Positions 47,150-58,422 of a stretch of 64,000 nucleotides of DNA are shown piece after piece. The stretch's first letter is position 1. Each line of letters opens with the position of its first letter. A model generated the notes under the pieces. The model did not search any database and was not told the DNA's origin. It worked only from the letters and a program-made list of their open reading frames with translations. Both the position numbers and the translations under genes were made by a program. The DNA comes from Podarcis muralis. Taxonomy: Eukaryota. The stretch lies in contig NC_135670.1 in NCBI RefSeq assembly GCF_964188315.1, forward strand, positions 26,164,001 through 26,228,000. The letters run 5' to 3'.

Positions 47150-48067
47150 TTATCTCTTTTTTAATTTGTTTATTGGGTTTTACAGTTTTATATCAACATA
47201 GTCATAAACAAGAAAAAACAACAAGAATGCATAAATCCCATTCTTCCCCCCATCCCCCACCCAGCGACTTCCCTCAACTTCCCCTTCTGGTTCTTTAAGT
47301 ATTTACTGCTTCTGCTTACATTATTTTACCTTAATTTCAAAATCTTTTAACTAAATGCTCTTATTTTCTTATCATTTTTATACCATATCATTCAGATTAC
47401 ATTTTGCACTTAATTGCTTTCCAGATCATTGTTCCTTATCTATTATACTTATTTGCTTAGTTGTAAGTGTTTACTCAAACCCTGCAAGAAGGTCTATTTC
47501 TTTACAATATTTCTGCAAGTACAACATAAACAGATCCCAGTCTTTTTAAAAGTCTCTGTTGTCTTTGTCTCTTAGTCTTCCTGTAAGTTTCGCCATTTCT
47601 GCATATTCCATCATTTTAACTTGCCAGTCTTCTTTCGTTGGTATCTTATCGTCATTCAATTTTTGAGCTAGTCGGACCCCATCTGCCATTGTAACATACA
47701 TAAATAAGTTATTCAACTCTTTTGGCAATTATTGTCCTATAATACCTAGTAGAAAAGGTTCTGTTTTTTTAGCAAAAGTTATTTTAAACATTTTTTTCAT
47801 CTGATTATAGATAATTTCCCAATAGTTTTTGATTGCTTTGCAATTCTACCACATGTGGTAAAAGGTTCCTTCTTTCTCTTTACACTTCCAACATATATTA
47901 GAGCTTGTTGTATACATCTTAGCAAATTTAACAGGAGTCATATACCATTGATACATCATTTTAATATAATTCTCTTTCAAAGTTATACAATCCTTAAATT
48001 TTAGGTCCACCTTTCATAACTTTCCCCAATTTTTCATTTGTATATTATGTCCTAAATCTTGTGCCCA
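47150..48067 (-). mobile_element. 5'-truncated L1-clade LINE
   Basis: ORF2 C-terminal homology (..WQVKMMEYAEMAKLTGRLR); 14-bp TSD CACATGAATCAAAT at 47136-47149 and 48068-48081. Confidence 0.85.
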
Positions 48068-48161
48068 CACATGAATCAAATCTCGATGCAAAGTTGGGGT
48101 TGGGCTGGATGACCCTTAGGGGTCCCTTCCAAGGCGGCTCTGAATTTTCTTTTTCAAATGA

Positions 48162-49059
48162 TGGCCAGACCACACCTGAAGTCATATGTCCAGTTCTGGG
48201 CACCACAGTTTGAGAAGGATGTTGACAAGCTGCAAGGTGTGCAGAGGAGGGCAATCAAGATGATCAAGGGTCTGGAAACCAAGCCTTAGGTGGAAGGGTT
48301 GAGGAAGTTGGGGATGTTTAGCCTAGAGAAGACTGAGATGTGATAAAATAGCATCTTCAAATATCTGAAAAACTGTTGCATGGAAGATGGAGCAAACTTG
48401 CTTTCTGCTGTTCCAGAGGGGGTCACTCCAAACAATGAATTCAAATGACAAGGAAGGGGATTCTGAAAGAGACACCAGGAAGAACTTTGTGATAGCGAGA
48501 ACTGTCTGGCAGTGGAAGGGGCTACCTCAGAAAGTGGTGGACTCTCCAGGATATAAAGGATATAAAGACAATATGGCATTAGTGACATAGTTGAAAGGAA
48601 TATGTAAAAAAATGTTTTATAAGAATAAGGGTGAAAAAGCTAGAACATTATGCCAAATTTAAACAAAATGATATAAAGGGAAAAATTGGAGACATAATAG
48701 TTGAAATGTATAACATAGAATAAGATTTGAAAGAGGGTAGGGCACTGCTGAATACGATTGTGTAAAAGGGAACACAGAAAAGGGAGATGTGAGGAAGTCA
48801 GGAAGGAGGGTTATGAAAACAATAAGTAAGAAACTGGATTTTTATGTCTTTTTTATGTCTTTTTCTTCTACTTTTTATGTTTTGTATTGCATCTTTCTGT
48901 TTTTATTTGATTGTGATAATGTTCCTTCTTTCTTTCTTTTTTGGTTTTGATTGTGAAGTTTGTTTTACTGTTCAAAATTTCAATAAATATCTTTTACTTA
49001 TTTAAAAAAAACAGAAAGTGGTGGACTCTCCTTCTGTGGAGGTTTTGAAAGCAGAGGTT

Positions 49060-49065
<6 letters not shown>
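48162..49065 (+). mobile_element. CR1 fragment (near-duplicate of 45655-46031) split by an L1 3' end
   Basis: Insert 48548-49011 ends in AATAAA plus an A tail and is flanked by the 20-bp TSD CAGAAAGTGGTGGACTCTCC at 48528-48547 and 49012-49031. Confidence 0.82.
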
Positions 49066-49108
<43 letters not shown>

Positions 49109-49420
49109 TTATACCCTGCCCATTTCCCCAGCCACTCTGGGCGGCTCCCAATCAAGTGTTAAAAACAATACAGCATTAAATATCAAAAACTTCCCTTAAC
49201 AGGGCTGCCTTCAGATGTATTTTAAAGATAAGTTAGCTACTTATTTCCTTCACATCTGAAGGGAGGGTGTTCCACAGGGCGGGCGCCACTACCGAGAAGG
49301 CCCTCTGTCTGGTTCCCTGTAACCTCACTTCTCACAATGAGGGAACTGCCAGAAGGCCCTGGTGCTGGATCTCAGTGTCCGGGCTGAACAATGGGGGTGG
49401 AGACACTCCTTCAGGTATAC
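49066..49420 (-). mobile_element. L2 3' fragment with (ATT)n tail
   Basis: (ATA)n at 49066-49108 followed by the reverse-complement L2 tail. Confidence 0.8.
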
Positions 49421-49600
49421 ATGTATACGCTCCTTCAGGTATATATCATGTGTCATGGATGGTCAAGTTGAGATTCCTGCATTGCAGGGGGTTGGACCAG
49501 ATGACCCTCAGAGTCCCTTTCCAACTCTGCAGGTCTATCGTTCTATAATTAGGCATAAGGCTGCTTCCTACTGGAGAAATACTCTTCCTCTAAGCTATTT

Positions 49601-49958
49601 AAAGGTAAAGGTACCCCTGCCCGTACGGGCCAGTCTTGACAGACTCTAGGGTTGTGCGCCCATCTCACTCAAGAGGCCGGGGGCCAGCGCTGTCCGGAGA
49701 CACTTCCGGGTCACGTGGCCAGAGTGACATCGCTGCTCTGGCGAGCCAGAGCCGCACACGGAAACGCCATTTACCTTCCCAATAGTAAGCGGTCCCTATT
49801 TATCTACTTGCACCCGGGGGTGCTTTCGAACTGCTAGGTTGGCAGGCTCTGGGACCGAGCAACGGGAGCGCACCCCGCTGCGGGGATTCGAACCGCCGAC
49901 CTTTCGATCGGCAAGCCCTAGGCGCTGAGGCTTTTACCCACAGCGCCACCCGCGTCCC
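49601..49958 (-). mobile_element. Sauria-type SINE, full length
   Basis: Complete head and tail; flanks TCTAAGCTATTT / TCTGAGCTATTT form a TSD with one mismatch. Confidence 0.9.
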
Positions 49959-50100
49959 TCTGAGCTATTTACCCTCTTCTTAATTTCATCGGACACACCA
50001 AATCTGTTGTCAATAGTTGGCCAATCTCCATTCAAATCTCCTGAATGCCTCCAAATGCCTCAAACTGTCAGGAGCAACTAGGTAAAGACAACCCCCTCAC

Positions 50101-50269
50101 CTTTGACCCTCCCCACCTCACCCCCCCCTTGCAAAGCCAGCCAGAGGAGTTTTACTTTTGATGCCCTCGGCTGCCCCCTCCTTGCCTGGGGCTCCACATG
50201 GACTGAGAGGATGACCAGGTCTGTTCCGGTACTGAAGTGAGGAGCTGCTGCTCATTGCTTCCACTTTAA
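50101..50269 (-). CDS. KRBA1-repeat-like gene: most 5' exon found, apparent +1 in a G8 run
   Basis: Acceptor CTGCAG|TTAAAGTGGAA, donor AAAG|GTGAGG; 169 nt; VKVEAMSSSSSLQYRNRPGHPLSPCGAPGKEGAAEGIKSKTPLAGFARG. As sequenced it reaches TGA; seven G instead of eight gives an open phase 1-1 exon. Confidence 0.5.
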
Positions 50270-50539
50270 CTGCAGGTACCCCCCCCCCCAAAGGAAAACG
50301 CAAAGGCTAAGCCAGAAGCTGGAAACACATTGGGAGCAGAAACAGCCCGAGGTATCAGCAAATCCACACGACTGGCAATGGCTCTAACGTGGACGTGGCA
50401 AAAACAGAGTAATAAATGGCGCAAGTGGGAATTTGTTGCCATTTAAAGGTACTGTACAATCGCATATTGCACGCATCTAACTCTTGCAATTTCAGCCTTG
50501 AAAGCTGTCTGGTTGAAATTGCACTTTAAAAATAAAATA

Positions 50540-51310
50540 ATATGCTTTTCAGGTTTATACATTTCACTAATTTTACAATCATTTTAATATTTCAAAACTC
50601 AACTTCCTTCCCCCTCTTTCTGCAGTTCTTTAAATTCATTTTTAATATCTTCTGCATACCCAAATTAACTTAATTTGCTCATTTATTTGTCTTCTTTAAA
50701 TACATACTCTTATAAAACTACAGGTTATTACAATAACCCTACCAAAGTTTTTATCTGTTTATAATTTATCTGTAAATATTCAATAAACCATTTCCATTCT
50801 TTTATTTAAAAATTTGTTATCTCAATTTCTTATTCGCCCGGTGAGTTTCGCCATTTCTGCATATTCTGTAAGTTTTTGTATCCATTTTTCCTTTGCCGGG
50901 ACTTCTGCTTCTTTCCATTTTGGGGCAAGTAACATTCTTGCTGCTGTAGTTGCATACATGAATAAGTTTCTATATATTTTAGGTAGTTCTGTCCCTATAA
51001 TTCCCTCTAACACGTGCGATTTCAACACCAAAGCATTCAGATAATTTCTCCATAGAAACTGCCATTCTGGTGGTTCCCTCACTGCAAGAAGTGAGGTTAC
51101 AGGGAACCAGGCAGAGGGCCTTTTCTGTACTGGCGCCCACCGTGTGGAACGCCCTCCCATCACAATGTCAAGGAGATAAAGAAGTATCTGACTTTTAGAA
51201 GACATCTGAAGGCAGCCCTGTTTAGGGAAGTTTTTAATGTTTGATGTTTTATCATGTTTTTAATATTCTGTTGGTAGCTGCCCAGACTGGCTGGGGAGGT
51301 CCGGCCAGAT
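50540..51310. mobile_element. L1 3' fragment (-) joined to an L2 3' fragment (+)
   Basis: FMYATTAARMLLAPKWK..EYAEMAKLTGRIRN on - at 50540-51035; L2 tail on + at 51060-51310. Confidence 0.75.
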
Positions 51311-52301
51311 GGACGGAGTATAAGTTGTTGTTGTTGATGGAGTATAAGTTGTTGTTGTATATTTTGCTTTGTTGTAAGTCACTTGGCAAACAAATAATAA
51401 TAATAATAATGATAATAATAATAATAATAATAATGGAATTGTAGAGCTCTCTGCAATTCTCTCCCTAAGAGGAGCAGTCTCCCTAAGAGGAGCAGGCTAG
51501 CTTAAGGGCTGCAAGGCACACACAGCTCTGCTCTCAAACACATTCTCTCTGCAGAACCCGCAACTTGAGGCCATTGCCCAACAGTAGGGCCAGCTCTGCA
51601 GAAACCCTCAGAATCATCACCGTGCTTCCCTGCTGCTTCTAAGTGGGTAATGATATTGAGGGCAACCAAGTTCCCATTGGAAAAGTTGCCCTGCATTAGT
51701 TACCAGGCGTCAGAGCAAGTGCAGTGAAGGTAGATTAAAAAAAAGAAAAAGGATCAGCCTCTGTGAAAGGAGATGGAGAGAGACAGCTCTGGTTAAATTT
51801 GACCGCACTTCAAGCAGATTTAACATCATACAAAAATAAATTTGATAATGGGTCGGTGGGCAGGAAGGACACAGAACCAACTACGGAAGGCCAGGGATGG
51901 TCATGTGAGATCTCATGGGAACTTTGACGGCCCCACAAGATCTCACAAGAGCATCCCAGAACCAGCACGCTCAGTGGGTCTTGCCCCTCTAGCAAGGCAG
52001 AGAGCTAAAACTCCTTTTCCGCGCAAGGTTAACTGCAAGCAGCTGAAATCCCACAAGTTAATTGTGCACAAGGTTCAACCATTCTGTACGTGCTACAGTA
52101 AAACTGTAGCTGCAGCAGACACGAACTGGAACATCAGAAACATTTGTGAACTCAGCTGCGCACGCCCTTCTGACGTCCCTCGAGCAAGGACACTTTCAGC
52201 AGTCATTTCAGCACCAGAGGCTGAAGTAGCCGCTTCTGCATGCCTGGCAAGTGCAGCCAAAATTACACCATGGAGCTCATGGTCGGAAATATCCCTGAGA
52301 C

Positions 52302-53236
52302 CCAGACAATTAAATGAAATCTTCAAAGAGGATAACAAGGGAGGATTCACTTACAGACTTTCCAAATTCCAAAAGGATGTTATAGATAAGTCCAAATTAT
52401 TAAAGAAGGCGTATACTTTTGGAATGGGAAACTAAAGATGAAGAAGTTAATGATTAAGTGGGCACAGTATACAATTTGAGGATTGGATAAGGCTTTGGAA
52501 AGTGAATTTGAAAGTTATGGATTGTATATTGTTGAAAGAGAACTATATGAAGATGATGTATAGGTAGTATGTCACACCAACAAAATTGGCAAAAATGTAT
52601 AAAACAGAACAAAAGAACTGTTGGAGATGTACAGAAGGGGAAGGTACATTTTACCATATGTGGTGGGATTGTAAGATTGTTAAAAAAATTGGGAAATGAT
52701 ATACAATGAATTAAAAAAATGTTTAAAATAACATTTGTAAAAAACCAGAAGCTTTTCTGTTAGGTATTTTAGGACAAGAACTGCCAAAAGAAAAACGGAC
52801 ATTATTCATGTATGCTACAACAGCAGCAAGAATCTTAATAGCACAAAACTGGAAGACTGGAGAAATACCATCAAAAGAACAATGGCAAGAAAAGTTGATG
52901 AACTATGCAGAGTTGGCAAAGTTAATGGATAAGCTGTGTGAAAAGGAAAATAGTAATTCTGAAAAAGAATGGAAACCTTTTACAACATATTTGCAGAAAC
53001 AACAAAAAAACGGACCCGCTGGCAGGATTTAAATAAACATTTACAACTTTGTTTAACAATGTGACAACACAATAATATATACAAATAGCAGAATGTAACA
53101 TTTGATGTAATAAACCAGAAATGGAAGCCGAGGGAAGTCAATAGGGAGGGGGGAAATTGGAAAATGAACGTTATTGATATTGGATATTTGTTATGAGAAA
53201 AAGAAAATCAGTAAAAATTTATTTATTTATTTAAAA
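52302..53236 (+). mobile_element. 5'-truncated L1-clade LINE
   Basis: MYATTAARILIAQNWK.. homology and an (ATTT)n/A tail; 15-bp TSD AAATATCCCTGAGAC at 52287-52301 and 53237-53251. Confidence 0.88.
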
Positions 53237-53795
53237 AAATATCCCTGAGACGACATTACAGGGGAGATGGAATCAGTCTGCATCAAACTGTGACGTGCCT
53301 GGCAGGAAGGCACCCATCCACTGCCATTATCAGTGTTTGACGACGACGACCTCAGTTCAGCCTGCCCACCAAGTTGATCATAGCCCACTGGCGACATGGG
53401 GCAGCTGAGCTGAGCAGGGGCCCCGATGAACCTCTTGGTTTTGTGGCTTGAGAATATAAAAGTAGAGAGAGTTGTCGAGCACTTGGGAGAACTGGATCCA
53501 TGGCTAGTGGGCAGCCTGGGAGGTCACAAGCCCAGGAGAGCCATCCACAGATGTCTTATCCACCCACTGCCCACCTGAGCAGTCCAGTAAGCAGCTCCAA
53601 CAAGTCCTCGTTCTCTGTAACATGGGGAGCTTTCCCTGCGTTTTTACAGGGCATCCCTCGCGGCAGGGAGTGCCAAACTAAGTTCTTTGATTCCATAAAA
53701 TATAAAATTCAACAACTGTGTTTCCTTAAATGCAGGCCAGACCAATCAAGAGTCACATCAGGTAACTCTTCCTAGTACCAAGTGTCTGTAAAACA

Positions 53796-54150
53796 TCACT
53801 CCATCCTTATTTCCGCTTTCCCCCTTTTCTTCTTCTTCTTCCTCTTCTTCATCACTGCCATATCCTCCGTACTCGCGTTCTCTCCTCTCCTGCTTGCTCC
53901 ATCGAAGCCCGAGGGCCCTTCAGTCCCATGATGTGCGCCTTCTCTGGCCTCCTGCTCACTGCTATTCTCTCCATTCACTTTTGCCTTCTTTTTCCTCCTC
54001 TTCTTCTTCTGGCTGGGTTCCGTGGCCGGGCAGTGGTGGTCCTGGCTGGAAGTCTGGAGCGCTGCTGGGAGGCTGCTATGTTTCAGGATGTCTGCTGCTG
54101 TCACCGTGGCTTCCTGGCACCTCTGCCATTCTTCGTCACTGTCCTGCTCG
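53796..54150 (-). CDS. C12orf43: C12orf43/CUSTOS exon 6 (to TGA)
   Basis: SEQDSDEEWQRCQEATVTAADILKHS..KKKRRKKKAK..KKRKKKKKRGKAEIRME*; acceptor CTTTGCAG; 355 nt. Confidence 0.93.
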
Positions 54151-54477
54151 CTGCAAAGAGTTACAGGCAAAACAGTGGTAGAGTTAAAACCTTGGAATTT
54201 GCTTCTGCAATATGGAGCAGCGGCCACTAACTTAAGATGGCTTTAAAAAGAGGATCAGACCAATTCACGGAGAAGAGGGGTATGGATGGCTACTAGCCAT
54301 GCTTATTATAAATTAATCACTATCTACACACCTGGGAATCCCAAGTGCTGGGGAAGGGAGGGGGAGCCTTGGGAGCATCGCAAGGGTCAGACACAGCATC
54401 AGCTGCAGCCTCCAAGCCAGCTGCCTGGCTGGCCAGTTCCACCTCTGTCATGCACACCTGCCAGAGCAGCATCTCAC

Positions 54478-54571
54478 CTGGAGCTGCAGTACCGCTGCCG
54501 CCGCCTCCCTGCAGTCTGAGGTTCTGGCTCCCCACAGTCTCCTGGCACTGATGAGGAGAAGAGGCGGAAGC
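54478..54571 (-). CDS. C12orf43: C12orf43/CUSTOS exon 5
   Basis: GFRLFSSSVPGDCGEPEPQTAGRRRQRYCSSS; 94 nt, phase 1-2. Confidence 0.93.
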
Positions 54572-54793
54572 CTAAGACATTGAAAGAAAAGCGGGGAAGT
54601 TATTAGGGCACCCTCTGTGTTGGGGTCAGACCAGGACCATATATCCAAAGGGCATGTAGGAGTGCAAGTTATCCAACCCAGCTAAGCGTTTTGTGTTTCC
54701 ATTTTATATTTTTGTGCTGTGAGCCGCCCTGCGATCTTTGGATAAAGGACAGTATATAAATTTAATAAATAATAAAAATAATAATAAAGACTA

Positions 54794-55045
54794 CAGTCAT
54801 ACCTGGGGTAAAAGACGCTTCAGGTTGAGCATTTACAGGTTGCATTCCGTGGTGACCCAGAAGTAATGGAATGGGTTACTTTCGGGTTTCGCCACTCACG
54901 CAAGCGCAGACACTCAAAATAACGTCACACGCATGCGCAGAAGCAGCAAATTGCTACCAGCAGACGCACAGACGTGGGTTGCGTTCTGCTCAGGGTGCGA
55001 ACGGGGCTCCGGAACGGATCCCGTTTGCATCCAGAGGTAACACTG
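54794..55045. mobile_element. Tigger-like MITE
   Basis: CAGTCATACCT..AGGTAACACTG imperfect TIR with TA on both sides. Confidence 0.65.
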
Positions 55046-55796
55046 TATTGGAGCGAGAGACTGGGAGCGCAAGTGGGCCTTGCTCTGTTGACCAGCAGGG
55101 CAGCAGGTATGGCTTCTCGGAATTCTACCAGGCCTCACCAATCCAGGAGCTTCATACTGCCTGTCAATCTGAGAGCCTGGTGTTGCATATACCTATCCCT
55201 TACTGTGCCTGAATTGTGTTCCACAGAGTACTGTGTTTGCCGTCAGAGGCCAAGTCTTCTGTGGCATGGAGGGTGGTGGCACAGAACTGGCCTTTTCGGT
55301 GGTGGCTCCCTACCTCGGGAATGGTCTTACCAGGGAAGAATGCCTGGTGCCATTGTTGCCTGTCTTTAGGCAACAGGCAAGAAGACACTTGTTTACCAAG
55401 CCTTTTTAATTTTTTATTGGGAAGGTACTTAACGAGATTTGTGCTCATCCTTTAAGTGGGGCAGGAAAGGACTTGTTCTTTTAAAATATATTGCTGGGTT
55501 AGTATTTTAGTTTGGGGGTATTGTTGTTTTCCTGCTTGGTTTTAATGTATTAGTTCTTTCTATTTTTATTGCGGAAGTTGCTTTGAGACACCCAACTACA
55601 AAAATGTGACTAATAAACACAAAAACCTAACAATAAAATATTTGAGGTTTGAGGATACGCAGCCTCAGGCTCCAAGGTCCTTGCTTCAAACTCCAGAGTT
55701 CCTGACACAGCAAATTTAGCTTGCACAAACACACAGAACCAAAGCAACACTTAAGTTGGTGTAAAGCATTTTAGATTATGCAGAGAACCCACTCAC

Positions 55797-55870
55797 CATC
55801 GTCTTCAGTTTCTGAGGACTGCAGATCGTCCTGTGCAGGTCCTGGAGAATGCTTCAAAATAGTAATGGAG
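55797..55870 (-). CDS. C12orf43: C12orf43/CUSTOS exon 4
   Basis: SITILKHSPGPAQDDLQSSETEDD; 74 nt, phase 2-1; donor G|GTGAGT. Confidence 0.9.
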
Positions 55871-56762
55871 CTAAAAGAAAGAATTACATTTGCACAACGA
55901 AAAGGGAAACCAAGGGTCATACTGGCATGACACAAATGATACAGCAAGCCTAGGAGTCATTGGTTGGTTGGGTTTTGGCCAGACAATCTGGTAATCATTT
56001 GCTGGTCCAGATTCCCAGTTTTCATTATCATGCTTGTTTTTTGTTTTTGTATTTAAAGAAGCAAGTCTTTAGCTCTGATTCCTGCATTGTAGGGGGTTGG
56101 ACTAGATGTCCCTTTGGATCCCTTCCAGCTCTGTAATTCTATGATTGTAAAACCAGAGCTGAAATGTGCAGGCATTATTCCACCCACCTGCTTTGGGGAA
56201 ACTCCCTGCTGCAGTCAGCTAGAATTGACCAGGAAGCAGCAATAATACCCACAGAGACAGTAAATTCTAGATGTAGTTACAGCTGCCCAGAGATGGAACT
56301 TCCTGGTTTCTTTCATAGCTATTTTCCCCTCTCACCTGGAGTGGAAGTAATTTTTTAGTCCAGGATTTTAGCATGCCTGTGATTGCATGACCTGCCCCTC
56401 CCTTCCTCCCTCAAACAAAAGTAAAAAAGACAGGGGTTTATGTTCTAAGGCAGGTGCTTTTATTTAATTTTACAAAGTTGCTTTTTAAAAAAAGCTTTGT
56501 ATTTGTTCCTTAAATATGCTAGTTATACATGACCTGGATGACTGAAGTGCATTAAACTTGGGGCTGGCTTTGAAAATGATTTTAAAAATTCATGGTCATG
56601 CTATGCCAGTGCTTTACCATCTGCCTTTAATTTGGAGCACTGGATGTGTCCTTAAGAATTCTTGCACCAAAGCAATTTCTACTTAGAACTCTCCAAAAAT
56701 ATGAATTTTATCTGAGGGAAGGGCTCAAGGAGCATCAATGTCACATCTTTGAGAACATATAC

Positions 56763-56861
56763 CTGTCCAAAATTGCTCCCAATTTCTTTGCAACATGAGC
56801 TCGGAATTCTGGAGTGGTCTGCAGCTCATTCCCATCCTGCCCGTGATCAGAGACCTTCTCT
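56763..56861 (-). CDS. C12orf43: C12orf43/CUSTOS exon 3
   Basis: [33 protein letters not shown]; 99 nt; the most conserved CUSTOS motif. Confidence 0.97.
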
Positions 56862-57609
56862 CTGTTTAAAGAGAACAAACTACTAAATTATCTTGGAAGT
56901 TTGTAGCAAACAGTTCCCTTTGCCTTGAAAAGAAGAAGCTGGAATCAGATCCTGAAAACTGTAATGAGCCAGCCAGAGGGCTGTGCAGTATGAAAGATCT
57001 GGGTTATGGCCTCAGTGCGAATGCCAAGCAGAGAGGCCAAAGATCTTATATAAACACATTTGGCACCAATTCAGGTTGTCTAATACACGACATGGAGGTA
57101 TGAGAAACAGACTTATAACTCACCTAGGGTTTTTTTGTTTTTGTTTTAAGATCCAGGTAAGTACAATCCTGCTATCCTACCCCTGTGCTGGGTAAATTGG
57201 AGAAAAGCATAATTAAACCTAGAATTATGACCAGCTTTCTGGCAGAGGACTCAGGGATGCATTTAGACCAGCATGCCTGGTGAGAGCCTCTTGGGGCTAA
57301 AACATGTCAAAAAGAATGGAAAAGGTTGTAGAATAGAGTGTTCCCTTGTTCTGAGTGTTTTATTTATTATATTTATATATATTATATTTACTATATTTCT
57401 TTATCCTCAATAAAAACTTTATTACCGGGGGTTCTTGGGGTTCTTGACTTTGCACAATTTTGCCTTTGCGTGCAGACCCCTGGAACCAAACTTTCACATA
57501 AGTGGCAGGCCAAATGTACTACATGATTCTTATGGCTATGTAGCTCAAATTTTAGTTTCTAGTAGAACAGAACACAACACTCAGTAAACTTTCAAAAAAG
57601 CAAAGTTAC

Positions 57610-57655
57610 CTGATGCTAGGTTCAGCGGATGGCAACTTGCTCTTCTTAAAGTTAC
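57610..57655 (-). CDS. C12orf43: C12orf43/CUSTOS exon 2
   Basis: GNFKKSKLPSAEPSIR; 46 nt, phase 1-2, which keeps the frame between exons 1 and 3. Confidence 0.85.
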
Positions 57656-58289
57656 CTGTAAAAAGTTAACAATTAGGCCCAACATGGAAGCGACGTTAGT
57701 TCAGATTCATGAGCGAGCCCTTGACAAAAGCAGTTTACAAAAATAATGGTGCAATAAAATTATTAGCAAAAGCAATTATTAAAAAAATTAAAACCAGCAA
57801 CAAACTAAAAACACATCAGCATTCTAGATATTTAGGTAGGCTTGCCTAAATGAAAATGTTCTTAGCAGGTGTCGAAGAGTAAGAATACAGTGATGTTCCA
57901 AAGCGTAAGTGCTGCTAGAAGACTGATTTTTGACAGATTTTTGTTGGTGCTGCAAAAAAGCATCAAAATCTTTGTGGATCGTTTTTCTGAGTCACGTGCC
58001 TCGTGCCAATTGATTTTATAGGCTTCTTATCCATCAAGCTAAGGCAGGCATATGTGGCCATTGGCTTTTGAAGCGCCCAGCCCCCATCAGCCCCAGCCAG
58101 GGATAACAGAGGTTGCAGTACAAGGAAACTGCAGGTGCCCCATTCCTGGTTTTAAGAGATCAACTGGATACAGCCCTATTTATGGCACATACAAAAAAGG
58201 CTTTCCTGCAGGGCTTTTTTGGGATGGGTAAAGCTTCTATTTAGAGAGAGGAAGGTGCTGGCAGGCCTGCCGCTCAGGGCTCTCCCTAC

Positions 58290-58422
58290 CGCCTTTGGGC
58301 ACCAGCAGGGCCGCTGCTGCTGCTCGCTGCAGCACCGGGTCCCAGGCAGCCTCCCGGAGGCGCCCCAAATCCTCCTCCTCGCTGCTGCTACTGCTGCTGC
58401 TGGCTCTCCTGGTAGCCGACAT
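58290..58422 (-). CDS. C12orf43: C12orf43/CUSTOS exon 1 (coding)
   Basis: MSATRRASSSSSSSEEEDLGRLREAAWDPVLQRAAAAALLVPKG; donor G|GTAGGG. An in-frame upstream ATG at 58437 is an alternative start. Confidence 0.9.

Noticed and set aside
51502-52350. Minus-strand ORFs as KRAB or first exons of the hidden gene
   Set aside because: There is no KRAB-A or KRAB-B signature and no consistent splice phase; one apparent acceptor is part of an L1 TSD.
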